From Myxococcota bacterium (lineage in GTDB: Bacteria; Myxococcota_A; Bradymonadia; UBA7976; UBA1532), in assembly GCA_036337435.1 (NCBI GenBank), contig JAYZEG010000028.1, positions 32,001 through 96,000 of the forward strand: DNA of 64,000 nt, given 5' to 3'. How positions within the stretch are numbered: the stretch's first letter is position 1; each line of letters opens with the position of its first letter. The translations under genes and the position numbers were made by a program. The notes under the pieces were generated by a model. It did no database searches. It had not been told where the DNA came from and saw only the letters and a list, made by a program, of their open reading frames with translations. Below, piece after piece: positions 50,373 through 60,946 of the stretch.

Positions 50373-52103
50373 TCAGCCAAAGATACTCGTGGATAGATCA
50401 TGGCCGAGACTAATTGCGTTCTCATACCAGCGTGGGGTCTGACCTGAAGCCGAAAAACCATCAAATCCAGAAAATGTTTCCCCAATTTCACCATCAACAT
50501 CCATGACTTGAGTGACCCGATGTGAGCCGTCCCCGAATGAATGGAGTTGCACAATGATATCGATTCGGTTTTTGACGAGCTCCGTCAGCCGTTCTTCCGA
50601 TTGATTTGAACGTGCAGCACTTTGTTTCACAATTCTTGAAAGTGCATCCTCGGGAGAGTCGGCCGAAACTCCCAGGACTCCGCCTCTCGTTGTCGAGCCC
50701 ATCGCCGAGAGTGCATCGGATGGTGATGAACATGCGATGTCGGCTACAACTAAATAGTCAGGCCGCATCAACAACGCTTGTCGCAGACCAGAGCCTGAAC
50801 TGGCCGTTAGTTGAACTGATTGCTCATTGGGCTTAGCAAGTCGGCCACCAGAGTCGATGCTGGCTACTCTGGTGCTTGCATCCACCTCGGCTAAAAGAGC
50901 TGAGACAAATTCAAATCTTGCATCGAGTTCATTGCTAGAGACAACGACCACTCGACCCAATCGAACCGCAGTTGAAAGATAAGCGGCCATGTTCGCACTC
51001 AATATGCTCTGGCCGGTCAGTTGCTCAAGATCGACCTGACTCCGATTCGGTCGGTCAATGGTCACATAGGGGCCGCCAGCTGAGCTGCTTACGTAATGTA
51101 ATCGACTGCCGTCCGACAGATAGCCTTGCGCATAGGGCGAGACTGACTCGCAGCTGAGCAACCTGCGGACTGCGATGTCCATTGCATGGCTACAGGAAAA
51201 AGAAGCACTGCTGCGTGTCGACGATCCCCCGCGCGTGATCCAAACGGAGTCCGTATCGTTAAAGTAAATTCGCTCGATGCTGGAGTCGCCAAGCAGTTCT
51301 CCGAGTGAACCGGCACCCAATGCTTCTGCAGCTCCCCTCTCGGCAACAGCTCTCGCATCAATTCCCGATATTTGGCTACAGGCTGACTCAGCCGCCTGAA
51401 CCAGTTGTTCGGTCAAACTCTTGTTTGTGCCGGACTCCACATAATACGTGGGTGGGCTCTCAATTCCGTTTGTGCGCATGTATTGTCGCAGCCAACGGTA
51501 AATGGCTACCGGAGCCTCATCTGCCGATGCAGTGATTTGACTCGGCAACTCAGCAGCATGTGCGCCCAGATCATTTTGGCCGAACTCAGGCTGTGCTGCG
51601 GCAGGTTCTTGTGGCCGCCGTGCTTCTGGGGCGGCAGCAGGTGCCGGTGCCGGCGCGGGCCGCGGCGTCCTTGGTCGAGGTGCTGGCGCAGCGGAGCTCG
51701 GTTTTGGTGCTGCCGCCGGTCGCTGCGGTGGCGGTGCGGGCCGTCTCGGTGGTGGCGGTGGCGATTTTTGAGCTGGCTCAACGGCAGCAGCACTGGCCTC
51801 AGTTCCTGTGCTGGCCGGTTCTGCTGACAAAATGAAATCGCCTATATAGATTTTGTCAGTCTCCTTAATCACCATTGGTGAGGCGATTTTCCGACCGTTT
51901 ACATAGGTTCCATTGGTCGACTTGAGGTCGACAATGATGAATTTGCCGTCCTTGACGACAATCCGACTGTGACGCTTGGACACGTTCTGCTTGGGTAGAA
52001 TGATATCGTTACCCTGAACACGACCAATCGTGACTTCAGTCTTATCGAATTCCTGGCGGCGTGGTTGGCCACCCTTTTCATGGATTGTGACTGCGAACGG
52101 CAT
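50373..52103 (-). CDS. FHA domain fused to degenerate CpaF/TadA-like ATPase
   Basis: FHA (IGR..NVSKRH..STNGT), Pro/Ala linker, GAGSLGELLGD, DGSR, ALLMRPDYLVV. Walker A lost. Confidence 0.8.
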   Translation of the reverse strand: MPFAVTIHEKGGQPRRQEFDKTEVTIGRVQGNDIILPKQNVSKRHSRIVVKDGKFIIVDLKSTNGTYVNGRKIASPMVIKETDKIYIGDFILSAEPASTGTEASAAAVEPAQKSPPPPPRRPAPPPQRPAAAPKPSSAAPAPRPRTPRPAPAPAPAAAPEARRPQEPAAAQPEFGQNDLGAHAAELPSQITASADEAPVAIYRWLRQYMRTNGIESPPTYYVESGTNKSLTEQLVQAAESACSQISGIDARAVAERGAAEALGAGSLGELLGDSSIERIYFNDTDSVWITRGGSSTRSSASFSCSHAMDIAVRRLLSCESVSPYAQGYLSDGSRLHYVSSSAGGPYVTIDRPNRSQVDLEQLTGQSILSANMAAYLSTAVRLGRVVVVSSNELDARFEFVSALLAEVDASTRVASIDSGGRLAKPNEQSVQLTASSGSGLRQALLMRPDYLVVADIACSSPSDALSAMGSTTRGGVLGVSADSPEDALSRIVKQSAARSNQSEERLTELVKNRIDIIVQLHSFGDGSHRVTQVMDVDGEIGETFSGFDGFSASGQTPRWYENAISLGHDLSTSIFG

Positions 52104-52263
52104 GCTCTGTCCTCGAAAGTCGACTTGGCGAATTACAACTCAATAAGATTTTTAAGTCGGTCGGGTCTGGGGTGTCAAGGTTCGCAGCGGAAAAGGGTGC
52201 AAATAGATCAAAACAAGTCCCTTTTTTTAACGCGGGTGCGGCTCTCTCAAATTTTTCGGAGTT

Positions 52264-53451
52264 TCATTCAGGGGAGGCCGGTGAGAAGTTGTGTTCCAGC
52301 CAGACCCAAGCTGCACAGCATGATGTCGCAACGACTGCTGCTGAAGAAAACATCACTGCTTGGCCGTACCAGTCCGAAATTAAACCATACAGCGGCGTCA
52401 TTCCCACCGATGTCAGTTCCCATATTGCGGTGAATGTTGCTAGACCTATGCCTCTCAACTGATCATCCATGCGGCTTACGACCTGACTGGTGAGAACTGG
52501 GAAACAATATCCATGGCCGAGGCCAGCCAAGAAACCGGCCAAGCAGAATTGGCTGTAGGTTTGAGCATCAGCTGCGAGGATGAATGCCAGAACGTAAGTA
52601 GATAGCGCGGGGACAACGATGTTTGACGGGCCAATCTTATCGGGCAATCGGCCGCCCAATAGACGTACCCCGACAGCACCTGTTGCGTAATAGGCCCATA
52701 GATCGGGCGCAGATTCAACGCCACGGTGACTTGCCGTCACGGTGACGTAGGTCATCAACACGGCGACTAAAGTTGAGAAAATTATAGTCGCAAACCATGT
52801 CGGAAGAAGAGTTCTTTGCGTCAGCGATGTCTTGACTTCCCCCAAGTTCGGGGACGAATCGTCCACAGTTTTTTTTCTCGACTCGGGCACCCCCAACAGG
52901 AGAATTATGGATGCGATAACCAGACCTGAGACGGCCGGATAAATGTCGTTCATACGCTCAACTGGAATCTCGAGGCGGTAAACGAACGCATTGAAGCCGA
53001 CTGGCAGGAGTCCGGATACGCCGAACAATGCGAGACCCTCTGTTCGCCTGGATGATGGAATGAAGTCGGCAACATAGGTGAAATACCCTGTAAATAAGGT
53101 GCCGGCACCGACTCCGATCAGAACACGCGCTAGATAAATTTCAACACCTAACGAATCGATCCATCCGAGCATAAACATGCCAACCGTCAATAGAACTGTT
53201 CCGGCAATAAGGGTCGGGCGTCGCCCGACATAATCCAAAGACCAGCCAACCAACGGTCTTAACAAGAGGCCGCCAACCGATGCGATGGCCATGATCGTAC
53301 CCAGCTGTGCTTCGGTTGAGCCGAGATGTTTGATGTAAATAGGCAGCAGTAGCATCGATGACCAGCCCAGTGCCTGCATGAAATGTGCGAGTACAAGCAG
53401 TATGAAAGGACGGGTAAAAAGGGGGTCCTTCGGGCTCGGGGATATCGTCAT
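52264..53451 (-). CDS. MFS transporter
   Basis: About 12 TM. Motif A copies GWSLDYVGRR and GRLPDKIG. ATGA overlap with the upstream gene. Confidence 0.9.
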   Translation of the reverse strand: MTISPSPKDPLFTRPFILLVLAHFMQALGWSSMLLLPIYIKHLGSTEAQLGTIMAIASVGGLLLRPLVGWSLDYVGRRPTLIAGTVLLTVGMFMLGWIDSLGVEIYLARVLIGVGAGTLFTGYFTYVADFIPSSRRTEGLALFGVSGLLPVGFNAFVYRLEIPVERMNDIYPAVSGLVIASIILLLGVPESRKKTVDDSSPNLGEVKTSLTQRTLLPTWFATIIFSTLVAVLMTYVTVTASHRGVESAPDLWAYYATGAVGVRLLGGRLPDKIGPSNIVVPALSTYVLAFILAADAQTYSQFCLAGFLAGLGHGYCFPVLTSQVVSRMDDQLRGIGLATFTAIWELTSVGMTPLYGLISDWYGQAVMFSSAAVVATSCCAAWVWLEHNFSPASPE

Positions 53452-54089
53452 GTTTGGGTCAGAAACCATGGCAGTGCGTTCGTTAGTCCAATACAAAAGG
53501 CCGTGCAGAGGACGCAGGTTCTCATGCGGGGCAGGCGTCGTAGGTTCACTAACCACAAGAGGAGAGACGCCTTCAAGAGACAACGCAAAAAGGGGAGTAG
53601 ATAGGTCGAGTCAATTTTTGCCGACGCCGGCATTTTTGGTTCGGTGAACGAACCTCCGAGCCATGTTTGTCCATCGGTCGTCTGAGACACGATCCCATTA
53701 TTCCATGTAAATTTGTAGGTCTTCGAGCCCATGACCGTTACTAGCTCACCTGGTGTTGGCCCAAACTGGATGGTTTGATTTTTCTGTACTTCGCTCGCTT
53801 GAATTGCGAAGGGCGGCACGGCGACGAGGAAGACCCATGGAATTAAGACCCAGGGCGAGCAGCCACTTGCAGACAGGGCGATGATGCCGCCCTGTCTGCG
53901 CCAATCTAGAACCGTCCAAACGGCCGCGATGCAGGCTGCATTTGGTAATGCCCGAAGGATTTGTTGCCAAAGTTTAACTGTTCGAAGGTCGATCCAGCTT
54001 GAAACAGCTAGTATTGTGGCGATGGACAATGTAAGGACGACCAAGCGCGTGCCGTAGGCTAACGTGAGCCATTTGTAGAGAGCTGACAT
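53448..54089 (-). CDS. Short LptF/LptG-like membrane protein
   Basis: ALPNAACIAAVWTVLDWRRQGGIIALSASGCSPW resembles the LptF/G coupling-helix region. Confidence 0.5.
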   Translation of the reverse strand: MSALYKWLTLAYGTRLVVLTLSIATILAVSSWIDLRTVKLWQQILRALPNAACIAAVWTVLDWRRQGGIIALSASGCSPWVLIPWVFLVAVPPFAIQASEVQKNQTIQFGPTPGELVTVMGSKTYKFTWNNGIVSQTTDGQTWLGGSFTEPKMPASAKIDSTYLLPFLRCLLKASLLLWLVNLRRLPRMRTCVLCTAFCIGLTNALPWFLTQT

Positions 54090-54151
54090 ATTGGGATGGT
54101 GCCAATCACTGGAGCGAAGTACAATCCATCAACACGCTAGATCACACGACC

Positions 54152-55594
54152 TTGAGGATAAAAGCCGTGAGAAAGACGAAAATTATCGCGACAATTGGGC
54201 CGGCAACCAGTTCGAGGGACATGCTTAGTAAGCTCTTTGATGCAGGCTGCAACGTCGTTCGAATCAACATGAGCCATTCGTCACAGGATGAAGCAGCCCA
54301 GATCATTGCGTCCGTTCGGAGTATATCGAGTCGTATCGGTATTTTACTCGATACCCGAGGACCCGAGGTCCGAACGACAGAAGTGGATGGGGAGATTGAA
54401 CTCGTCGCTGGTCGAGATGTGATTGTACGTGGGGAAGAAGGCCCTACGACGACCGAAATCGTTCGTGTTAATTACTCGAGTTTTCACAGAGCGATGGAAG
54501 CCGGCAGCACGATTTTGTTAGCCGATGGCCGGATTCAACTTGAGGTTTTGGCGGCATCCAATGACCAGCTACACTGCCAAGTCGTTGCTGGCGGAACCCT
54601 CGGGTCTAAGAAAGGTGTCAATGTTCCGGGCGTGAAATTGCCCATGCCATTTTTGTCCGACCAGGATATTTCGGACATTCAATTCGGTGTGGCGCAAAAA
54701 GTCGATTTCATTGCAGCATCTTTTGTGAGCGAGCCGGAGGATGTACTTCGAATCCGCGAGCTCGTCGCCGACGAGGGCGGTCGCGTTTCGATTATTTCTA
54801 AGATAGAAGCTCGCTACGCGATCAAAAACTTAGCGGATATTATTGCTGTCTCAGAGGGCATCATGGTTGCTCGCGGGGATCTTGGTGTTGAGATCGCCGC
54901 GGAAGAAGTACCTGTTGTCCAAAAGCAAATGATCGATGCTTGTCGAGGGGCAGGAAAGGTTGTGATCGTTGCGACCGAGATGATGGAAAGCATGATCCAC
55001 AATCCGCGCCCGACGCGAGCTGAGACATCTGATGTTGCGAATGCGGTTTTCGAGGGCGCGGATGCAATTATGTTATCCGCTGAGACGAGCGTCGGTGCAT
55101 ATCCAACAGAAGCTGTTGCAACAATGGCTAGAATTGCGCAGACATGCGAGGCAGAGGTGGCTCGACGGCAGAAGACGTGGCCAGGCGATCGCCGCGCACA
55201 CAATATCAGCGACATCATGTGTAAGGGGGCCTGGTTAGCTGCTCGAGAGCTGAATATGCAGGCCATTCTTGTGCCAACATCAACCGGCCGAACGGCGCGC
55301 AGAATGAGTCGCTATCGGCCGGCCGTCCCGATTCTCGTGACCACGCCTGATATGGCCGTCGCTCGAGGACTTGCCCTCAATTTCGGCGTCTATGCCTTGT
55401 CGACTCGCCACTACGGCCGAATGGAAAATATGATCCGACGTTCATGCCAAGTCATGGTTGACGAAGAGTGGCTCACAGAACAGGACCTCATAGCGGTTGT
55501 TTGTGGCGTTCCGGTGGGCCGGTCCGGCAACACCAATCTGATGACACTTCAGCACGTATCAGCACTCCTTGGTCAGCAAAAATTTGACCAATAA
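54152..55594 (+). CDS. pyk: Pyruvate kinase
   Basis: KTKIIATIGP, LDTRGPEVR, MVARGDLGVE, PTRAETSDVANA. Confidence 0.97.
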   Translation: MRIKAVRKTKIIATIGPATSSRDMLSKLFDAGCNVVRINMSHSSQDEAAQIIASVRSISSRIGILLDTRGPEVRTTEVDGEIELVAGRDVIVRGEEGPTTTEIVRVNYSSFHRAMEAGSTILLADGRIQLEVLAASNDQLHCQVVAGGTLGSKKGVNVPGVKLPMPFLSDQDISDIQFGVAQKVDFIAASFVSEPEDVLRIRELVADEGGRVSIISKIEARYAIKNLADIIAVSEGIMVARGDLGVEIAAEEVPVVQKQMIDACRGAGKVVIVATEMMESMIHNPRPTRAETSDVANAVFEGADAIMLSAETSVGAYPTEAVATMARIAQTCEAEVARRQKTWPGDRRAHNISDIMCKGAWLAARELNMQAILVPTSTGRTARRMSRYRPAVPILVTTPDMAVARGLALNFGVYALSTRHYGRMENMIRRSCQVMVDEEWLTEQDLIAVVCGVPVGRSGNTNLMTLQHVSALLGQQKFDQ

Positions 55595-55630
55595 CGCGCA
55601 GACTGTGTAGCGTGTAGTTAGTTTACCTAC

Positions 55631-56047
55631 ATGCACTCGCGGAGGAATGGGATGCAGCGTCAGCATCCACGCGCATTCGCGTGGTTTTATCTAAATCATT
55701 ATATCGACGGCGCACCGTTTCTTGCCCGAGCCTACAATTTGAGTCCAGGCGGCCTTGCCATCGATGGACTGAGTTGTCCGCAAAATGGTCATGCGCAGCG
55801 AGTTTTTGTGGAATTTGAGTTGCCCAACTGCACTGAACTCATTTTTTCTGATGTCGATGTCGTTTGGCGCAATCCCACGGGTGGGTTCGGACTTAAGTTC
55901 ACATCCTTAGCGCCTCGATTTGCGAGGAAAATAAGAGAATATTTGAAATCTCGACAGGTGAGACGTGAAAACATTTTGATGGAACCTGATTCAACGTGTA
56001 ATGCTTATGACCAGTTCATCCCTAACCCAAGCCAGGTAAACCTATAG
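55631..56047 (+). CDS. PilZ domain protein
   Basis: RQHPR (RxxxR) and NLSPGG ([DN]xSxxG), then VVW..GLKF. Confidence 0.85.
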   Translation: MHSRRNGMQRQHPRAFAWFYLNHYIDGAPFLARAYNLSPGGLAIDGLSCPQNGHAQRVFVEFELPNCTELIFSDVDVVWRNPTGGFGLKFTSLAPRFARKIREYLKSRQVRRENILMEPDSTCNAYDQFIPNPSQVNL

Positions 56048-56051
56048 AAAT

Positions 56052-56375
56052 ATGCGTGTGTTAACCCCCTTGGTCAAGCCAGGCCAGCGGCTCAGAAAGC
56101 CAATCATGAGCGGAGGTCAACTCCTTTTCGGTGCCGGAACCGAGATGTCGAGACGCTATTTAAGAGTGATTCATGAAGAAGGGGTTCGGGTCGTTGATTT
56201 GGAGACTGATCCGCTCGTGGCAGATTGGGAAACAGTGCCGAGCGTCGATCAATACGTTCGAGGCCTAGATGAGCGCTTCAGTCATCATCAAAGAAACCGA
56301 AAGATGAAGGCACTCAAACAGGCCATAAAAGATGTCTATCTCGATTTTCTATTCGAACTTGAGATCAAAGAGTGA
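56052..56375 (+). CDS. Small hypothetical protein resembling the N-terminal module of HD-GYP/HDOD proteins
   Basis: VKPGQRLRKPI..GQLLFGAGTEM..YLRVI..GV. Overlaps the HDOD gene start. Confidence 0.6.
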   Translation: MRVLTPLVKPGQRLRKPIMSGGQLLFGAGTEMSRRYLRVIHEEGVRVVDLETDPLVADWETVPSVDQYVRGLDERFSHHQRNRKMKALKQAIKDVYLDFLFELEIKE

Positions 56376-57292
56376 ATCGATATGTCGATATAGAGCCCGC
56401 TGTAGACACGCCGGAATCAGCGGCCATTTTGGATCAGATTGGGCGTCGAATGCTCAAGCGACAAGTTGACGCGCTGAAGAGTTTACCAACATTTCCAGAG
56501 TCGATTATGCGGATCAACTCCGTGTTGCTTGAGGACAATTCCAATCAGTCGATGGAGCAAATTGCGCGCGCGATTGAAGTCGATCCGGTTGTCACGGCCC
56601 GGATTCTTCGCTTGGTCAACTCTGCGTTTTATGGGGTTAGTGGCGCGATCGCGTCTGTCTATGACGCCCTGATTATGCTCGGATTAGATGTGGTTCGCGG
56701 CATCGTTTTGTCCAGTGCCGCGATGGACGTTGGTGGTCGACGTCGCAGTATCAATGGCCTTTGGGAACATTCCTTCGGTACGGCTGTTGCTGCATCAGCA
56801 CTGGGTCGTACTCTCGGTATGAGTGGTGTAGAAGAAGCATCGGCTGCGGGACTCATGCACGACATCGGTAAGCTTGTTCTGGCAAGTCAGCTCGGGAGTG
56901 AATACGACCGCGTTATTGCTTATGCGATCGATGAAGGCATTCACATCCGCGAGGCCGAGCTGAAGCTTCTGGGCGTCGGACACGATACCATCGGCCAGTG
57001 GCTCGTGAAGCGGTGGCGTCTACCCAACTCGCTCGCTGAGCCAATCGCTCTCCATCATGAACCTAGCCAGGCGCGGTCACACGCAGATGTCACAGCACTC
57101 GTTCACATGGCGGACCATATGATTCGTGGCTATGGCTTCGGTTTTGCTGGTGACAGAACCATGCCATCACTATGCGAAAAGGCATGGAAGCGATTGGGTC
57201 TAAACGAGCGAAAGCTGCGAAAGGCTGTCCAGAAGATGCACGTCGATCTTCAAGAGGCCATGGTTCATGCAAATCTGTACGTAGGTCAATGA
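56372..57292 (+). CDS. HDOD domain protein
   Basis: [44 protein letters not shown]. Confidence 0.92.
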   Translation: MNRYVDIEPAVDTPESAAILDQIGRRMLKRQVDALKSLPTFPESIMRINSVLLEDNSNQSMEQIARAIEVDPVVTARILRLVNSAFYGVSGAIASVYDALIMLGLDVVRGIVLSSAAMDVGGRRRSINGLWEHSFGTAVAASALGRTLGMSGVEEASAAGLMHDIGKLVLASQLGSEYDRVIAYAIDEGIHIREAELKLLGVGHDTIGQWLVKRWRLPNSLAEPIALHHEPSQARSHADVTALVHMADHMIRGYGFGFAGDRTMPSLCEKAWKRLGLNERKLRKAVQKMHVDLQEAMVHANLYVGQ

Positions 57293-58911
57293 CACGAGAA
57301 CGAAACAAACTGGATCGGTTACGCCAAGAGCGCGACCAGTACGCGCGGTCCGTGTCCGAACTGAGTGAAAAATTCGACGAGAAAGTGGAGGAGTTGTCCT
57401 TCGTTCGTCAGCTCGGTGATGCGCTGGGGTCTAGTCTGGACCTGAATACGCTGTGCCGGCACACGGTGGATATCGTTCAGGAGTCTCTTGGTCCAGAGAA
57501 CTGCTCCATTATGTTGCTCGATGAACAGTCTCTCTATCTGGTCGCGGCCCGGGGGGCTTACGATGACCAAGCTGCGACTTTCGCCTTCGCCGCTCAAGAT
57601 GCGAGTTTTGAATTAGGAGAAGGAGTTGCGGGTATTGCAGCGGCGACACAAACCCCCATTCGAATTGACAATACGGCGGATTATGAGCCGTTTATTGATG
57701 ACCGCGATCATAGAGTAATCCCGAAGAGTCTGCTGACGGTTCCCTTGCAATCCAGGGGAAAAGTTATCGGCGTAATTAACCTATCGGATTCACTCCCGGA
57801 CGCCTTTGAGTCGAAGCATGAACGGATCATCGCCCTGATTACAAATGCTGTCGCCATGGCCATTGAAAATGCAATGTTGTTTTCCGAAGTCACCGAGAGC
57901 CGAGAGCGTCTGGCCAGTGAAAATCTACAGCTCAAGCAACAGTTGTCGGACCGCTTTTCTGTTGATGGGCTTATCGGAAACAGTCCGCCGTTTCGACGCG
58001 CACTGCGTCTGGTGGAGAAGGTTGCCGATACGACAGCGAATGTGTTGATTACTGGGGAGAGTGGTACGGGTAAGGAAGTTGTGGCCCGAACTGTCCATTT
58101 CAGTAGTGCCCGCAAAGATGGGCCGTTTATTGCTGTCAACTGTGCAGCCCTGCCAGAGACGCTTCTCGAAGCTGAACTTTTTGGAATCGAAAAAGGCGTT
58201 GCCACCGGTGTCGATGCACGTGCGGGTACGTTTGAGAAGGCGCATGGTGGTACGCTGTTTTTGGACGAAATTGGTGATATGTCGCCCGCAGTACAAGTCC
58301 GTCTACTGCGCGTGCTGCAAGAGCGACAAGTAACACGTGTTGGCAGTCAACAACCTTTGTCTGTGGATGTGCGAGTTGTCTCTGCCACTCACAGAAATCT
58401 CTTAGAACGCATAAGCGGCGGACATTTTCGGGAAGACCTGTACTACCGGCTCAAAGTCATCGAGATCCAATTACCGGCCTTACGGGAGCGTCGAGAAGAC
58501 ATCCTCCAACTCGCTGCTCATTTTGCAAACCGATTTGCAAAGCGCCATTCTCGACCTCGCAGGGACTTTTCGCGAGCTGCGGCTCGAGCTCTGCTACATC
58601 ATAAGTGGTCTGGAAATGTTCGCGAATTAGAGCATACGATCGAACAGGCCATCTTGCTTGCAGAAGGGGAACAGATTGAGTTGATAGACCTGGGTCTAGA
58701 CGAGCCAACGTCCGATGGTCTCCGTTTAGAATTGCCGGAGCAAATCGGCGAATTTCACGATACTTTAAGTGAAATTCAAGACATTGCTGAACAAGCGATG
58801 ATCCGTAAAGCACTTGCGGAGACAGATGGGAACCGAACTCGCGCAGCCGCGTTGCTGGGTATCGCCCGCCGAACGTTGAATTATAAACTTCGGAAACATG
58901 AGCTTTCCTAA
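57289..58911 (+). CDS. GAF-containing sigma-54 enhancer-binding protein
   Basis: GAF domain, [36 protein letters not shown], Fis-type HTH. ATGA overlap with the HDOD stop. Confidence 0.93.
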   Translation: MTRERNKLDRLRQERDQYARSVSELSEKFDEKVEELSFVRQLGDALGSSLDLNTLCRHTVDIVQESLGPENCSIMLLDEQSLYLVAARGAYDDQAATFAFAAQDASFELGEGVAGIAAATQTPIRIDNTADYEPFIDDRDHRVIPKSLLTVPLQSRGKVIGVINLSDSLPDAFESKHERIIALITNAVAMAIENAMLFSEVTESRERLASENLQLKQQLSDRFSVDGLIGNSPPFRRALRLVEKVADTTANVLITGESGTGKEVVARTVHFSSARKDGPFIAVNCAALPETLLEAELFGIEKGVATGVDARAGTFEKAHGGTLFLDEIGDMSPAVQVRLLRVLQERQVTRVGSQQPLSVDVRVVSATHRNLLERISGGHFREDLYYRLKVIEIQLPALRERREDILQLAAHFANRFAKRHSRPRRDFSRAAARALLHHKWSGNVRELEHTIEQAILLAEGEQIELIDLGLDEPTSDGLRLELPEQIGEFHDTLSEIQDIAEQAMIRKALAETDGNRTRAAALLGIARRTLNYKLRKHELS

Positions 58912-58999
58912 ATTTTTCCCTTAAAACTGGTTGGAAACCCCATTGCGACCGCGTCTCAAATCAATGAGGCGATGTGGCAATCTTCAAATACGTTCCATG

Positions 59000-59188
59000 T
59001 GTGCAAATGAGTGCACAATGCTTTATGGCGGCTGTGCAATCTGTTGCACTGTGTGTTAAGTATATAATTGTATTTGATTTTATGATTTTTAGGTGTTTGT
59101 TTTTTTTGCTTATGTGTGCATCACTTTGCCCAGTTTTTCTGGGTCGGCATACTTTTTAGGTACAAATTAAACTTGGCACGGCAGGTGC
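59000..59188 (+). promoter_or_regulatory. Sigma-54 promoter with upstream paired palindromes
   Basis: TGGCAC-GGCAG-GTGC at 59174-59188. TGCA-N6-TGCA palindromes at 59000-59017 and 59034-59049, with an AT-rich spacer between. Confidence 0.7.
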
Positions 59189-59238
59189 AAAGTAGTTCTG
59201 GCAGCGGACGAGAAACCCAAGGAACGGGAGAGCTTTTC

Positions 59239-60576
59239 ATGTCAACTTCGAATGCACGTTGTTATCGAATTCTGGGGCTTACCGGTGAAGAGGATATCAA
59301 CCAAATCAAGAGTGCGTACCGAAAACTGGCGCGTAAGCTTCACCCCGATATGCTCGGAGGCGATGAAGAACAATTCAAAGAGGTGACAGCTGCTTATCAA
59401 CAGCTGCAATCATCTCTAGCCAATCGTGCAGCCTACAGGACGTCGGCAACCAATTCACCCAGACGACCCAGACGCCGTAGAGACGAAGCCCGGCCACGAA
59501 GTACGCAGACTCAGTCAGAGACCCCCTGGCGACCGAGTCAGCAGCAGACAGAACCCCAGTCTGCTGAGCGTGCTGACTGGTCCAGCTTCGAAAAACTCTA
59601 CAGAGAGCGACTCAAGAAAAAACGCAAAAAAACTCGGTCTACAGGAACGACCGAACGATCGAAAAAACAAACCAAACAGGCGACGCAGGATACGCCTAAA
59701 CCGACGGCTGGCAAAAGAAATAATGCTCCTTCAAAGCCTTCCGAACGGTCTGCACCAGTATCCGCATCGTCTGCCGCTAAGCCAAACGGTGCACGTTCAT
59801 TTTCCTCGTCATCTAAAGCGAACCCCAAACCGGAGGGAATGGACACGGATTTTGCTGCTGCATGGGAGGCGTGGTGCGAAAATGCTCGTCGCTTTGATGC
59901 TCGCCATGGTTGGCGACGTGTCGAAACTGATTCACCCCAATCAGTAAACGATGAACACCCATCAGCAGACGAATCCGATAACGACCGTGGCTGGCGGCGT
60001 TGGTTTAAGCGCGGTCTGAACAAAATCGGAAGAAATCATCAGAACAATCGCATTGGGCGCGACATTAATCTACGCCTCGCGGTCTCCGTGCCTGCTCTCT
60101 CAGCGGGCATACGAAAAGTGATTGCAGTCAAGCGTTGGGTGCCATGTCCTTCCTGTTCAGCAGAGTCCAATGAGTGCGATGTCTGCAATGGTTCAAAACG
60201 TGTAGAAGTCCGAGATACGCTTCAGGTTGATGTGCCTGCGGGTGCTAAGTACGGTTCGAAACTGAGGCTGGCTGGCAAGGGGTCTGTCCAACAAGGCGGC
60301 TCGAGGCCAGGGGACTTATACCTCGAACTAGAACCGGCCGAATTACCAGGTTTTCGCCGTGACGGTGCTGACATTCACGGAACCTGCCTCATCTCAGCCG
60401 AGCTGGCCAGAAAAGGGGGGCATGTGACCATTACCTTGGCACGAGGTGCTGTGAAAATTAGTGTGCCGGAGAGAACCTGTATCGGTGACCGGTTTAGGCT
60501 CCGCGGGCAAGGCTTGCCCCTAGGGCCAAATGGCGTGTACGGCGACGCGTATCTCACAGTGAAAGTGGAGGGCTAA
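59239..60576 (+). CDS. DnaJ-like protein (J domain, long disordered linker, partial Zn finger, DnaJ_C)
   Basis: IKSAYRKLARKLHPD, CPSC..CDVCNG, VPAG..LRLAGKG..GDLYL. GGGAG SD before ATG 59239. Confidence 0.85.
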   Translation: MSTSNARCYRILGLTGEEDINQIKSAYRKLARKLHPDMLGGDEEQFKEVTAAYQQLQSSLANRAAYRTSATNSPRRPRRRRDEARPRSTQTQSETPWRPSQQQTEPQSAERADWSSFEKLYRERLKKKRKKTRSTGTTERSKKQTKQATQDTPKPTAGKRNNAPSKPSERSAPVSASSAAKPNGARSFSSSSKANPKPEGMDTDFAAAWEAWCENARRFDARHGWRRVETDSPQSVNDEHPSADESDNDRGWRRWFKRGLNKIGRNHQNNRIGRDINLRLAVSVPALSAGIRKVIAVKRWVPCPSCSAESNECDVCNGSKRVEVRDTLQVDVPAGAKYGSKLRLAGKGSVQQGGSRPGDLYLELEPAELPGFRRDGADIHGTCLISAELARKGGHVTITLARGAVKISVPERTCIGDRFRLRGQGLPLGPNGVYGDAYLTVKVEG

Positions 60577-60579
60577 GCT

Positions 60580-60867
60580 TTGAATACCGCTCAACGCGCA
60601 AAAGTCTTAAAGCCGTCAAGAGGGCTCGCTGGTTTTCTCGCTCTACTGATGCCCGTGGTGAGCCAGGGAAATACGGTTGAATTTAAATCTGACGGCGATA
60701 CCTATCATGCAGAGAAAAATGTCATGACAGCCACGCCAAGCATTGCCGACGTTGCCGTGGAGCGACCGAATCAGGTCCAGTATGGTCGTTCGACCACAGT
60801 TCACAGCCGGTATCGAGAGCGGTCACGCTTTGACGGTCGCGGCGCAATCGTCGATTTGGTCACCTAA
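60580..60867 (+). CDS. Small hypothetical protein
   Basis: 95-codon ORF filling the gap before mutS, ending GAIVDLVT. Confidence 0.35.
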   Translation: MNTAQRAKVLKPSRGLAGFLALLMPVVSQGNTVEFKSDGDTYHAEKNVMTATPSIADVAVERPNQVQYGRSTTVHSRYRERSRFDGRGAIVDLVT

Positions 60868-60946
60868 GCGCAACAAAAAATAAAAAAGCAGACAATTTTT
60901 AACGGATCTGTTGAAGGCTTGGCCGGGTTGCAGTAGATGACCAGAC

